A stretch of DNA of 64,000 nucleotides, from positions 186,001 through 250,000 of IMG/VR virus record IMGVR_UViG_3300035698_035310; one strand, written 5' to 3'. Shown here piece by piece: positions 33,522 through 44,860 of this stretch. Within the stretch, counting starts at the first letter, position 1; each line of letters opens with the position of its first letter. Below the pieces are notes generated by a model. The model was not told the DNA's origin. It saw nothing but the letters and a program-made list of their open reading frames with translations, and did no database searches. The position numbers and the translations under genes were made by a program.

Positions 33522-35821
33522 TATGAAAAAACGTCCAATTGATATCAGGCGCGAAGGGCTTCATACGCAAGACCCTGCTATAACCTTGAAACAATTATTC
33601 GATTCTACCGATGGTGGATTGTGGGATCATAAAGGTGTTACTGACGCATGGGTATCATATAAGGATTCCAAAGGTCAACTGTATGGTAGCCATAAGTGCG
33701 TCCATGAGGTATGTATCGAAGGACGTGAATACAAAGTATCGCAATCTGCATTACCTAATTGGGGAATTCATATTTTGTTTACGGATGAAGTATATAAACC
33801 AAAAATAAATTATGTGACGCAAATGCGTTCATTAAATTTATTCATTAACTGTTAAAAAGGAGATTGATATGCAATTAGGCGATTCAGTTAAAGATTTAAC
33901 CGGCGACTTCGAGTTGGGTGAAATTATTGATATATATACGAACCGTCACGGCGACCATCCGGTTATTATGTATACGGTCGATTTTGGCGATGATAATGTA
34001 TTTGATCGATTGTTTCATGAAATAAGTGCTTGACTATTGGTTCAGTTATGTTAGATTAACTGTATTGAAATGAAAGGAAACATTATGGCTAAATCGATGT
34101 TTGAAGTTGAATGGATTTCGGAACAGGGTGGTGGACATACCATTTTGTCAGAAGAGGTTGCGGCGGAAGACGAAGGCGAGGCGATGGATGTTGCCTATGA
34201 TGATTATTATTTCTTGAAATTAATATCTGTAAATCATTTATATGACATTGAAGGAGAAACGCCGTGAAAACCAAAAAGATATATGTTACGATTGCGGTAG
34301 AAGTTAAAGAAGACTTCAATATGCAGAAAGCGTATACTGAAATGACATACGCGTTGGATCATGATGATATCGTCGGTACTGAAATCGTTGATGTTGAAAC
34401 ACAATTGAGTCGATATGGATGGGAGGACTGATATGCGCGGCACAAAACCATTAGCCCCTATGTCGAACTGGCACCGGTTGTTGACCATGTTGAGTTTGAA
34501 TGGTGGATCATTATACCGAGCACAACTGTATACTGCCAAACCTAAGATCAAAAAATATGTTGATCATGACGGCAATACCAAATATAAATCAATTCCAGCA
34601 AAAGACCTTCACACTTATATCGATACTGGCAAATTGCGCAAAGTGACTTGTGTATCATCATTTGCGCCATTGTCATATGCATATGAGCATCGGGCGGAAA
34701 GCATGGGATTGGTTCATATTAAAAAATTCAATAATCGCAAATGGATTACGTTGTTGCCAAAGGGACGTGCCGTGTTGGCGATGTTGGATGTTGGAAAGAA
34801 ATGGGTTCCAGAAACGAAAATTGAAAGGGAGTTTATTCGATGAGTAATATCTTTACAGCGCCGTTAGGGCTTGTATACGAAATCGACGATCAGAACTATA
34901 TCACTACTTCCGTGACTATGGACTTAAATGAGATCATCGATACCAACAACGAAGGGTTTCTTGATGCATTATCTATCTATGCTACAGATACTGAATTGTT
35001 AATGGATATTGATTATAAACTTCTGCGCATTGACGAACATGGTGCACTAGTGTTTAGAGTCCATGGCGATTTATCGGCGATCACAGATGACTGATAAACC
35101 AAAATCTAAACGGGGTCGAAAGAAAAAGGAACCGGAACCTCCTACCCCGACGAATTTGGTTCATTGTACATTGATGGCATGCGGCATGGTTCATCTTGAT
35201 CCAGCCAAGTGTCCCAAATGCGGCAATGATGATTCACAGCGCCCACTTAAGTTTGTAGGTGTTCCCATTTATATGACAATTGTTTAGGAGTAGCATATGA
35301 CTAAAATGATTTACACTGTAGTGCGCCGTCCCAAGGTTGGACGTCATGGGTTAACCACCATTGGGTGGGCGGAAGAATGTGGCAGAGAAGCGATTGTCAC
35401 GGGTGGTTATTTACATACTCGACGCACGTTACCGGGGGAACAAACTTATTACACGGCAATCATGACAAAAGCGAACTTTGATAGATGGCTCGGCGACAAA
35501 TTTGAAACCCGTGCACAAGCCGCGTTCGCTATATGGCGTCTATATTATAAAAATGAGCGTGCGAAACGTGATCAAGATAAAGCGAATGAAGCGAATGGAA
35601 AACATGCACGTGCGGTCGGGCGGAAACATAAACGCGAACATCGTGCGACGCCTGAAGGACAAGAAGAACGCCGGTTGATGTTAAATCGTAAAGCAAAAGA
35701 AAAGCGTGATAACATGACGGATGAACAGCGCAAGGCGATCAATGATAAACTTAAGAAACGTCGTGCGCATAAGAAAGAATTCGGTTGACATTGTGGAAAC
35801 ACTTGTTATATTAGTAACATC

Positions 35822-35895
35822 GGGGGCATAGCTCAGTGGTAGAGCAGTGGGTTCTAAACCCTTTGTCGGGAGTTCGACTCTCCCTGCCCTCGCCA
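35822..35895 (+). tRNA. tRNA with CUA anticodon (amber suppressor), Trp-like body
   Basis: Acceptor GGGGGCA/TGCCCTC, D arm GCTC/GAGC, anticodon loop TT-CTA-AA, T arm GGGAG-TTCGACT-CTCCC, G73 and encoded CCA; own TTGACA promoter at 35785. Confidence 0.92.
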
Positions 35896-35915
35896 AATTT
35901 TGAAAGGATATAATC

Positions 35916-36392
35916 ATGTCGGCAATTACTGATTTTTACCAAGGGTTCGGAACTGATGATAAAGGACGCTCACTTGATGATTACTTATTGTTCTCAGATG
36001 AACAATTAGAATCGGTTCATGATTATATCCAGTGGATGTTTCCCAACACGGAAGTCAGCCGATTTAATATCGATGCACCATTGCTTACAGATGCTGACAT
36101 TGAATTGTTTATGAATGACATACCAATGATGAACAATGTAACGTTGGCGTGTGCACGCATGACTAAATTTTATAAGTTTTCCAATATATATGTTGATGCA
36201 GAGAGACAATGGGTTACACAAGGCAATCATAATTTTTTACGACTTACTCGTATGTTGAAATTTCTTCGATCTATAAACAAAAATTATGAAGCAGAGTCGT
36301 TGTTTGTTATGCTTGCTAGAGTTTATTCAGATAATTCATTCGTGGTTGGCAAAGACACACTTCGGTATTGGTTGGACGCAGCAGAGAGTTAA
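35916..36392 (+). CDS. OGFr (opioid growth factor receptor) conserved-region domain protein
   Basis: LESVHDYIQWMFP...HNFLRLTRMLKFL. Confidence 0.85.
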   Translation: MSAITDFYQGFGTDDKGRSLDDYLLFSDEQLESVHDYIQWMFPNTEVSRFNIDAPLLTDADIELFMNDIPMMNNVTLACARMTKFYKFSNIYVDAERQWVTQGNHNFLRLTRMLKFLRSINKNYEAESLFVMLARVYSDNSFVVGKDTLRYWLDAAES

Positions 36393-36568
36393 TGAAATGA
36401 AAAAATGGTTCAGATATAAACGATACACCAAATTTGAAAAAGGCAAACTAGTATTTGATGTTGGTTGGTCATTTTGGATTGGCAAGTTTCATATCCGTTA
36501 TAACAAACAAAACAGTTATAGTGGATTGGGGTTTGAATGGTGGGGCGATGAACCTACATGGTTAGATT

Positions 36569-36592
36569 AAAGCACCTTCGGGTGCTTTTTTT
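36569..36592 (+). terminator. intrinsic terminator with UUCG loop
   Basis: AAAGCACC-TTCG-GGTGCTTTTTTT. Confidence 0.9.
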
Positions 36593-36997
36593 GTCTTGAC
36601 ATATCGCTTGACACTGTTATTATACTGGTAGGGAGGGATGAGTTTTTTCTGGATACATTATGATAAAAATAAGTGCTTGACAATTGGTTCAGTTATGTTA
36701 GTATCATAATCAGAAAAGGGAGATGAAAAATGATTGGATTCTTACTATACATTGTAGCATTATTCATGTTATTGACTATACCATCTAATATATGGATTGT
36801 TCCATTATTGTTTGGTATGTTGTTTCATTGGAAAATGTGGTTGACTGGTATTGCTGCATTCTTTGTAGGAGCAGGGTTCAATAAAAACTTTTAACTGCAT
36901 CAAAATAAATGCTTGACACGACGAAATAACCTGCTAATATCACTACATCAAACGACACTTACGGGCTTTTACTTAACACTAATAGGAGACTATCACC

Positions 36998-39184
36998 ATG
37001 CAAATCAAAACAGAAAATCGAGAAGTTGGGCGTTCCGGCACTTCAAACGAACGGACGTTTAACATCGATATGACTGCCAAGGCATTTAAGATTCTATCCG
37101 ACGGATTGTATTCGGATAAAATTCTTGCTGTTGTTCGTGAACTTTCTTGTAATGCCAAGGATTCACATATCGACGCTGGCAAAAATGACGTGCCTTTCGA
37201 AATTCACCTACCGAATTCACTTGAGCCGTGGTTCGCGGTTACTGATTACGGACTTGGGTTATCACCTGACGATGTATTGGAAATGTATTCCACTTATTTT
37301 GCTTCAACCAAAACGGGTTCAAACGATGTAACGGGGTGTCTTGGACTTGGTTCTAAATCGCCTTTTGCTTATACCGATTCGTTTTCAGTTGAAACACGTT
37401 GGAATGGCACACTTACTGTATTTTCATGTTTCTATAACGAGGCAGGTATCCCCTCAATCGTTATTTTGGGTGACGAAGACGGAATGCCTACCGACGAAGT
37501 GAACGGCGTTACCGTTAAAATGGCTGTAAACGATGGTGACATGCGCGAATTCGCACAAAAGGCAATGAAGGCACTTGATCGCTTTGATCCTGCCCCTATC
37601 GTTACTGGTAACACTGATTATGAAATTGTTACTAAGACTTATACGGTTGAAGGCAAAGGCTGGAAGATGCTTGAACGTGAAAGTTCATATGGTGAAAGCA
37701 AAATCCATGCTATCCAAGGCAATGTAACATATCCAATTAGTTCACAATCATTAGGCGACTTGACAAGCAATCAAGATGCAATTATGGGATTGACAGTTGA
37801 TTTGTTCTTTGATATCGGCGAGTTGGACGTTGCGGCAAACCGCGAGGCGTTGGGTTATGATGAAGCAACGATTAAAAATATCAAGGCTAAACTTGATGCC
37901 GTATCGACTGAAATTGCCCCATTGTTTCAGGATAAATTTAAGGATTGTAAAACACTTTGGGATGCGCGTTTGTTGTTCAAAGAAGTGATCAATCCTTTGA
38001 CATCTGGCTTGCAACGGATTCTATCTGACAACAATGTTGGGTTGAAATGGAAAAAGCAATCACTATCTGATTCGTTCAAATTGGATCGCGATGATTTTCC
38101 TAACGTTCAGATTGTATCATTCCAAAAGAATACACGCGGTGGACGTGGGCAAACTGCGGAATGGAGTTATAACGGTGATATTAAATTCCCCGCCAGTTCC
38201 GATATTCTGTTTTTCTATGACGATGTTGGCAATGGTTCGCATAGCCGAGTGACTCATTTTATGGAAACAAATGGTGACTCTGTTCGTTATCAGCATATGT
38301 TCAAAACCGACGATAAAAAAATGATGAAAAAGATTTCTAAGGCGTTGGGTAATGTTACTATTCAACCTGTAAGCAATCTTGAAAAACGCCCCAAGGCTGT
38401 TCGCCAAGCGCGACGAGTTACATCAAAGGTTTTGGAATATGTTGGACGCGCCCATGATCGCCGTGATAGTTGGAATCCTACTGATCTGGATTTAACGACT
38501 GGTGGTGTTTATGTTATGATTGATCGCTTTAAGGTATATGATTCCAATAATGGTTCAGGACGTGAACGTGAAGATTTTAACACCATTGTCGATTTGGCGA
38601 AAGAACATAAAATCGTTGACTTGACTAACAAGATCGTTTATGGAATTCGTAAAGGTGATGTTGATAAATTGAAAGATGATTCTGGTTGGGTTAATCTTTT
38701 CGACCTGATCCGCGACAAACTTACGGTTGCGGTTAAAAAAGAAAAGGTGGCGCAAGTTATGGCTGACCGTTATGCCTATCACCAGTTTTCAAATGATTTA
38801 TCATCGTTCGTTAATGATATGGATGATACTGATTTGGCAAAGGATTCAGTTATTGGAATATTCAAACGCGCACATGAATATCTTTCAAACCGTGATTCAT
38901 CTAAGGCACAAGCGATTTCAAGTGTTGCGGATAGCGTAGGATTTACGTTAAAATCTGCCAAGCCAAAACACGATCTTGGGAAACTTTGGGACGCTGTTAA
39001 AAATAAGTATCCATTATTGAAACTTGTTTCTGACAGTGATTTGCGCGGCGGTTATTACAACAATCGCGACAACTCTATCAGTGAAAATAACCATGCGGCA
39101 TTGACTGATTATATCGCGATGGTTGACGCAAAAGACGCAGTGCCAGAAAAGCGTAAAATCCTTACGTTGGCCTCGGCGGCATAA
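36998..39184 (+). CDS. rIIA: rIIA protein (GHKL ATPase N-terminus)
   Basis: LSDGLYSDKILAVVRELSCNAKDSH...TDYGLG...STK...GCLGLGSKSPFAYT; directly upstream of rIIB. Confidence 0.9.
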   Translation: MQIKTENREVGRSGTSNERTFNIDMTAKAFKILSDGLYSDKILAVVRELSCNAKDSHIDAGKNDVPFEIHLPNSLEPWFAVTDYGLGLSPDDVLEMYSTYFASTKTGSNDVTGCLGLGSKSPFAYTDSFSVETRWNGTLTVFSCFYNEAGIPSIVILGDEDGMPTDEVNGVTVKMAVNDGDMREFAQKAMKALDRFDPAPIVTGNTDYEIVTKTYTVEGKGWKMLERESSYGESKIHAIQGNVTYPISSQSLGDLTSNQDAIMGLTVDLFFDIGELDVAANREALGYDEATIKNIKAKLDAVSTEIAPLFQDKFKDCKTLWDARLLFKEVINPLTSGLQRILSDNNVGLKWKKQSLSDSFKLDRDDFPNVQIVSFQKNTRGGRGQTAEWSYNGDIKFPASSDILFFYDDVGNGSHSRVTHFMETNGDSVRYQHMFKTDDKKMMKKISKALGNVTIQPVSNLEKRPKAVRQARRVTSKVLEYVGRAHDRRDSWNPTDLDLTTGGVYVMIDRFKVYDSNNGSGREREDFNTIVDLAKEHKIVDLTNKIVYGIRKGDVDKLKDDSGWVNLFDLIRDKLTVAVKKEKVAQVMADRYAYHQFSNDLSSFVNDMDDTDLAKDSVIGIFKRAHEYLSNRDSSKAQAISSVADSVGFTLKSAKPKHDLGKLWDAVKNKYPLLKLVSDSDLRGGYYNNRDNSISENNHAALTDYIAMVDAKDAVPEKRKILTLASAA

Positions 39185-39340
39185 GAAACTCCTACCTAGC
39201 CCGTAGGTGGCAGGGTTGAACGGTGATTGACTTCTTCTGTTTAATCCTGCCAAACTAATTTGAAATGAGTGCTTGACAATATAACAAATGGTGGTAATAT
39301 TCATTATCACATTCGGAAACCAACTAGGAGACTAAAACTT

Positions 39341-40492
39341 ATGAAAACGATTCAAGCCGCAATTATCGCCCAAAATTCAATCACACTTATGATTGACGGG
39401 CAAACTACGCCTATCGCCTCTTCGCATACAAACTATGAAGAAATTCGTGGACTTGCTGCCGCTGGCAACTATGCACCAATTGCATCATTGCTTGATATGG
39501 TTCAGGTTATTAACGACTTTGGTAAAGGACGCGTTACCGTTGAAAACGGTGAAGTTCTTTATGATGGTAAGCCTACCCATAACGCGGTGACTTCGCGTAT
39601 CCTTCAAATGGTTGAAGAAGGTTTGGAAGTTTCACCAATGGTTGCATTCCTTGATAACCTTATGGATAACCCTTCATTCCGTTCCGTTCAACAGTTATAC
39701 GGTTTCTTGGAAGTGAACGACCTTCCGATCACGGAAGACGGTTTCTTTCTTGCCTATAAAATGTGCGCCGAGGTTAATGGTAAATTGACTGATATTCGCA
39801 CGCAAACGTTTGATTATAGCGTTGGCGCAAAACCTGCCGAAATGCCACGTAACGAAGTGAACGAAGACCCTGATCAAACTTGTTCTTCTGGTTTGCACGT
39901 ATGCGCCCAAGGTTATCTTGGTTCATACAGTTCTGGCGAACATACGATTTTGGTTAAAGTTAATCCTGCCGATGTTGTTGCAGTTCCGACTGACTACAAT
40001 AACGCCAAAATGCGGGTAAGCAAACATGAAACCGTTTGTAAGGTTACTGCGCGAACTCGCGGTGCTGTATATACCAGTGCGGTTTATACCCCTTCGGCGG
40101 ATTCAAAAAGCACACTGGTAAATGGCGATGATTTGCTTACGCTGGATGAAGCAGTTGACGTTCTTGGGCTTAAGGGTGCTAAAAATCCAATTGCCGCACT
40201 ACGTAAGCGCCTATCGCGTGCAAAGCTGACTTCTAACCCTAAACTCAAGTCGGTTTTCAAAGATGGTGTTGAAATGATTCAAATCATCCAAACGGAGGCC
40301 GACGATGTTGAAGTTGCTGACGATTCGGTTATGACTCACGTTGATGCAATCGCATACTTTGCCAAGCAAAACAAAGCCAATGGCAAGGCACAACCAGCCG
40401 ACCCGAAAGCGGCATTGCGTAAAATGCTTAATCGTGAATCTGCTTGCAAGCGCGTTTACGTTGATGGTGTTGAGATGATCAAAATTCTTTAA
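39341..40492 (+). CDS. rIIB: rIIB protein with a duplicated C-terminal extension
   Basis: FLDNLMDNPS.RSV.QLYGFL....LPITEDG.FLAYK...MPRNEV.EDP.QTCS.GLHV...VKVNPADVV.VP.DYNNAKMR. Confidence 0.92.
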   Translation: MKTIQAAIIAQNSITLMIDGQTTPIASSHTNYEEIRGLAAAGNYAPIASLLDMVQVINDFGKGRVTVENGEVLYDGKPTHNAVTSRILQMVEEGLEVSPMVAFLDNLMDNPSFRSVQQLYGFLEVNDLPITEDGFFLAYKMCAEVNGKLTDIRTQTFDYSVGAKPAEMPRNEVNEDPDQTCSSGLHVCAQGYLGSYSSGEHTILVKVNPADVVAVPTDYNNAKMRVSKHETVCKVTARTRGAVYTSAVYTPSADSKSTLVNGDDLLTLDEAVDVLGLKGAKNPIAALRKRLSRAKLTSNPKLKSVFKDGVEMIQIIQTEADDVEVADDSVMTHVDAIAYFAKQNKANGKAQPADPKAALRKMLNRESACKRVYVDGVEMIKIL

Positions 40493-40867
40493 CCCGAATG
40501 TGATATAGGGTAAATAAAAGGGGGTTGGTAGAAATGCCAGCCCCTTTTTTATCATAAAGGAGTCGTTATGACATATTACAGTGATTATCCAAGTGTTCCA
40601 ATTGGCGGGAGCAATCCTTATTATAAGTGTTCATATTGTGGCATATCTGATCCACAAATCAATGGCACCCTTGAAGGGCATTATGAAGATTGTGAATATC
40701 GTATCATCAAAGAATTGGAACTACGCATCAAAGAATTAGAAGCAAACCCATAGCGTTCGACCCATAGGTGCTATGGGTTTTTTGCTATAGAACCTATAGA
40801 AATAGTTCTTGACAATTGGTTCAGTTAGTCTATAATACCTTTATAACTTAAACGAAGGGAAATACAA

Positions 40868-41404
40868 ATGGGCGCACAATTAAACACGATGGAAGTAGAC
40901 GGTAAAGCATCACGTGAAGAAGTGGTGATGCAATTCAACACCCGTTGCGAACAAGATGGATATGAAATGGGTCATTCTTATTCAGGTTCGTTTTCGCAGT
41001 TTGCTGGTTTATCATTTACCAATAAACATTTTTATACCGAACAGGAAGCCTACGATTACATTGATGTGAATGGTGAAAAATGGGGACCGGCGGTTGCTGT
41101 TAAGTATACTGCGATTGAACCATCCAAGCGACTGATCGCGCACAACAAAGCAATCATGGCATTGAGTCAAAAAATTCATGATGCGAGATATAAATTGCGC
41201 AACGCAAATGAAAAAATGCGTATCAACAATCGCAAAGATAAACCAGCGTATGTGGTTAAAGCGGAAGCGGCATTTGAACGGGTGAAAAAATCTATTGAAC
41301 CCAAGATTGCAGACCGAAAACTACAACGCAATAAAACCGAGACGACGCTCGCCGCGAAATCGAAAGACGTTCGCTGGTTGATGGGCGGTTGGTGTTCCTC
41401 TTAA
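40868..41404 (+). CDS. hypothetical phage protein
   Basis: Own promoter (TTGACA 40809, TATAAT 40831); E.GHSYSG...KWGPA...GGWCSS. Confidence 0.7.
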   Translation: MGAQLNTMEVDGKASREEVVMQFNTRCEQDGYEMGHSYSGSFSQFAGLSFTNKHFYTEQEAYDYIDVNGEKWGPAVAVKYTAIEPSKRLIAHNKAIMALSQKIHDARYKLRNANEKMRINNRKDKPAYVVKAEAAFERVKKSIEPKIADRKLQRNKTETTLAAKSKDVRWLMGGWCSS

Positions 41405-42298
41405 ACTTTAAATAAAATTCAGAAAATGTCAAGAGAAATCTTGACATTTTTTGTTATATTATTATTCCAGAAAAAACTCATCCCTCCCTACCATAAGAAT
41501 ACCATATTCAACATATAAGTCAAGCATTTATTTGCACTTGACATAAAAATAAATACGGTTATAATGGTAGTTCAATTAAAAGGAGATGATATGACTATTA
41601 AAACAAAAGGATTACTTATAACCTTTCTATATGTTATGTTGGGGTTAGTTTCATATATGATGATAGGCGACTTTACAGTGTTCGCTTGGATTGATCCTTG
41701 GGTATATATATACATGGCATTGTGGCCTTTGATTTGGGCATGGACATTCATCAAGTGGGCTGCGATCATTGCGGTGATTGTAATTGTTGGTATTATTGCC
41801 CATGAAAAATGGAGTAAATAAGTTCAAAATAAGTGCTTGACTCTTGGTGCACTTAGTTCTATGGTGCACCAACTGCAACGAATCAGAAAGGTAACTCCGA
41901 TGTTTGATATCAAAAACTCACTACGCGAAATGACCGCTCAATTCGACGAAATCGTAAAACACGATTTATCCGAAACACCTACCGTTTTGGCTATGATTCA
42001 TTTTCGCAATAAGTTAATTGAATTTCAATTAGCACCACACCTTGTTGATAAAGTGGTTGCGAAACTCGACATCACACTTCCACAAAACCTCGACGAAGAA
42101 ACAATGGAAGCGGTATTTGAATATCTTGAAGGGGTTGCGAAACTTGCTCTGCATTGTTGGGAAGCGACGACAATACACTTTAACAATAGCGAAGATGTAT
42201 TTTTCAGCATGTTCGATGATGTTGAGTTAAAAATCACTTAACGCTTGACAGTTGGTGCACTTAGTTGTAAGGTGCATCAACTGAAAAGGAGATGACCG

Positions 42299-42769
42299 AT
42301 GTTCGAACTTAAAATCACAGACTTGAAAGACGCACCCACGATTGGGTTGGGTTGGGCAACTAAAACAGTTAGCCTGCTTGATACATCTGGTATTGCGAAT
42401 CCATTCTTTGGTGAAGGACATCAAAAGTTTTTCATGGACGATCTTGATAATGAAAAACAAGAATGTCATCGTCCCGGAATGCAACACGCACCCAAAATGA
42501 AAGACATCCTGAATATACTTACATTCACGGAAACTTTCACCGATGAAGACAAAGTATTGATTCATTGTCATGGCGGCATGTGTCGTTCCCCCGCTGTATC
42601 CATGTTGGCGTTGATTCAACATGGTATGACTAAAGAAGACGCGTTTAAAATGGTTATGGAAGTTCGTCCCGTGGCAATGACAAATTACCTTGTTATCCGA
42701 TTGGGTGATGTAGCCTTGGGTTTGAATGGCGAACTAATTCAGTTTATGAATGGAATTGATTTTGATTAG
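42299..42769 (+). CDS. protein tyrosine/dual-specificity phosphatase-like protein
   Basis: CX5R loop LIHCHGGMCRSPA; VRP.A..N downstream. Confidence 0.85.
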   Translation: MFELKITDLKDAPTIGLGWATKTVSLLDTSGIANPFFGEGHQKFFMDDLDNEKQECHRPGMQHAPKMKDILNILTFTETFTDEDKVLIHCHGGMCRSPAVSMLALIQHGMTKEDAFKMVMEVRPVAMTNYLVIRLGDVALGLNGELIQFMNGIDFD

Positions 42770-43045
42770 TTGACATTCTAAATATATATGCTATTCTAAA
42801 AATAGAAAAACAAATGAAAGGTTTATATGATGAATATTTTAAATTTTATCGCTGGCGAAATTCTTCACAAAGAAGGATGGTCGCTTGAAGGTTTGACAGA
42901 ACGAGTGCAACTTGGTATAGTTATGATCGGAAGTAACCCGTTTATTGAACAGGGGTTAGCGGTTCAACAATATCTATTTGGATAAGGATTCCATTATGAC
43001 AAAATTCAACAAAGAAATTGTTGGTGATGTACAGCGGTTCGGACT

Positions 43046-43558
43046 ATGATTCCAAACCTTACCAGCGATGGTGACAATTGGGTCAATGGTTCGATTGGTG
43101 TGTTTAAAATTTGCGCCAAAGTTTTTTCTGAACCATCAGTTTTTGGTATCAAGAATGGACGCATTAGCAAATTGCAAGTGTGCGATACTTCACAATTACA
43201 TTGGGGTTTTGATGGTTGTTATTTGAATTATGACCGTGGTTGGGATATGCGCCCAAAGAATGAACCAGAACGTAAGTTCTTAAATGACTTGCTTACTGCA
43301 TTCGGCGATGATATCATGGAAGGCGACGACTATGTTTGGTATGACCTTTATGGTTATGCAGATCAAGCCGCGTTTGATCGGTTAGATCGCGAACATTTGA
43401 TGTCAGTTGATACCAAAAACGAGGCGCTTGAAGAAGCGCAAGGTTACATCAAACATGATGACGCATTTGATATCATCAAAGTTCGATGTTCCGATGATGA
43501 AGACGATGACGAAGTTATCTTGAAAAAAGACTTGACGGAAAAGGCGGTTGCTGTATAA
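43046..43558 (+). CDS. hypothetical protein
   Basis: W..G....KVFSEPS.FGI..GRISKL...NYDRGWD; its stop overlaps the -10 of the next promoter. Confidence 0.65.
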   Translation: MIPNLTSDGDNWVNGSIGVFKICAKVFSEPSVFGIKNGRISKLQVCDTSQLHWGFDGCYLNYDRGWDMRPKNEPERKFLNDLLTAFGDDIMEGDDYVWYDLYGYADQAAFDRLDREHLMSVDTKNEALEEAQGYIKHDDAFDIIKVRCSDDEDDDEVILKKDLTEKAVAV

Positions 43559-43564
43559 TACAAT

Positions 43565-44150
43565 TATTGAATTCGCCCGAAAGGGCACACGAGTTGCTAG
43601 GACCACGGTGTGTATACGCACTGAATAGAACAGAGGTTCTAACCCTCTGAATTCCAGTTAGGTTTGCTGGATTATGGAATAGCCGACATGCGACGGTATG
43701 GTCTGGTGAAATCATAATAGTTCAATAGCATTAAATTTGTTACGCTGGAACTGAAATGAAGGCGTTACTATGGGAAGCCATTTAAGGTGAGTGGTTCAGT
43801 GCTTAACGAAGATGATATGTCTGGAGTGGTCCAGTGAAAATAGGACGAGTCAAAACGTCAACATATTAGCTTCCCGAATTAATTATTGCTGGTAAGGTTC
43901 TGCTCAAGCGTTCATAGCGTAGAGATAAACTGCAAAAGATGATAAAATCCGTAAGGAGTTTGTTCCACTTGTAGTGAATGATGGTTCGGGTATTAGTAGT
44001 GCCCTTATGCAAAGTGCAAATCCCATCACAGCAAAACATAGTTAATATCGTTGAACTCTATCCTATTGGAAGGTGAAACTGAAATCCGTATGGCAAAGTA
44101 ATCGATTTAGATCATGCGAAGTTATTAGGTTACGATATTATTAGTTAAAT
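43565..44150 (+). ncRNA. large structured RNA, unit A (about 590 nt)
   Basis: Promoter TTGACG 43532/TATAAT 43554; nested helices 43565-71/43721-27, 43772-78/43869-75, 43886-91/44029-34, 44043-51/44132-40; GNRA hairpins; no ORF of 60 aa or more on the plus strand. Confidence 0.7.
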
Positions 44151-44189
44151 AATGCTTGACAGTTTATGTATGTTGAGGTATTATAAAGA

Positions 44190-44860
44190 ATAGAATGTGA
44201 TGGAAGGTTGGTATCTTCTTCGGTGGCACAAACCACGGGTAGCTTAAATACCAGAACGTAAGTTCAGAAAAGCACATTCCCTAAGTTTAGGTTAAAAGCA
44301 TCGAGGCGTAGTGGCTGGTAGGTGTTATAACCTTAGCGAAATGTAGCGGCACTGGTTGGGTTTACACGACTTGGCAAAGACTGCATCAGAGTAGCTTGAA
44401 ATGGGTGGTGCCGATACGAAGGCAGATGATATAGGGAGTGCGCACAAACTATATTATTTCATGCGGAGCATGGACACGCAGGATTTGCCCAAATGGGCAC
44501 ACGAGCTTGCGATAGTGTACGATGCACGACGTACCTAGAATACAGCCGGTAGTGAGCCAGTAAAGTTACACTCACAAGGAGGTTGCTAGGACATTTAATG
44601 ATGTAACACATTGAATGTATATGGGTTAACCATTGAAGCAGAGTGGGTTTAATTCCTACGCGCATTTCCAATTCCCGAAAGGGAATACGACGTTGGTATG
44701 TTGATCGTCGGCAAATACATCGGCACCCGTGTTAACCTTGGAGTACACGTTAAATAAATCCAAGGGATAGGTTCGCCCTATGCCCGATGATTCTACAGGG
44801 AAATGGTTGTTGAATCACTTGTGTAGAGAACCCCCCTCTGCTAATACCAACCAAAAAATA
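44190..44860 (+). ncRNA. large structured RNA, unit B (about 670 nt)
   Basis: Promoter TTGACA 44156/TATTAT 44179; helices 44193-99/44273-79 and 44638-43/44836-41; H-type pseudoknot 44728-65; GNRA hairpins; shares motifs with unit A. Confidence 0.7.

Noticed and set aside
44728-44765. Pistol ribozyme (CACGTTAAATA resemblance)
   Set aside because: The pseudoknot partner follows the A-rich linker directly, without the P2/P3 arrangement of pistol; treated as a plain H-type pseudoknot.
44206-44852. Definitive end-to-end closing helix of unit B (GGTTGGTAT/ATACCAACC)
   Set aside because: The 3' strand can equally pair with GTTGGTAT at 44692, so the long-range pairing is ambiguous without covariation data.
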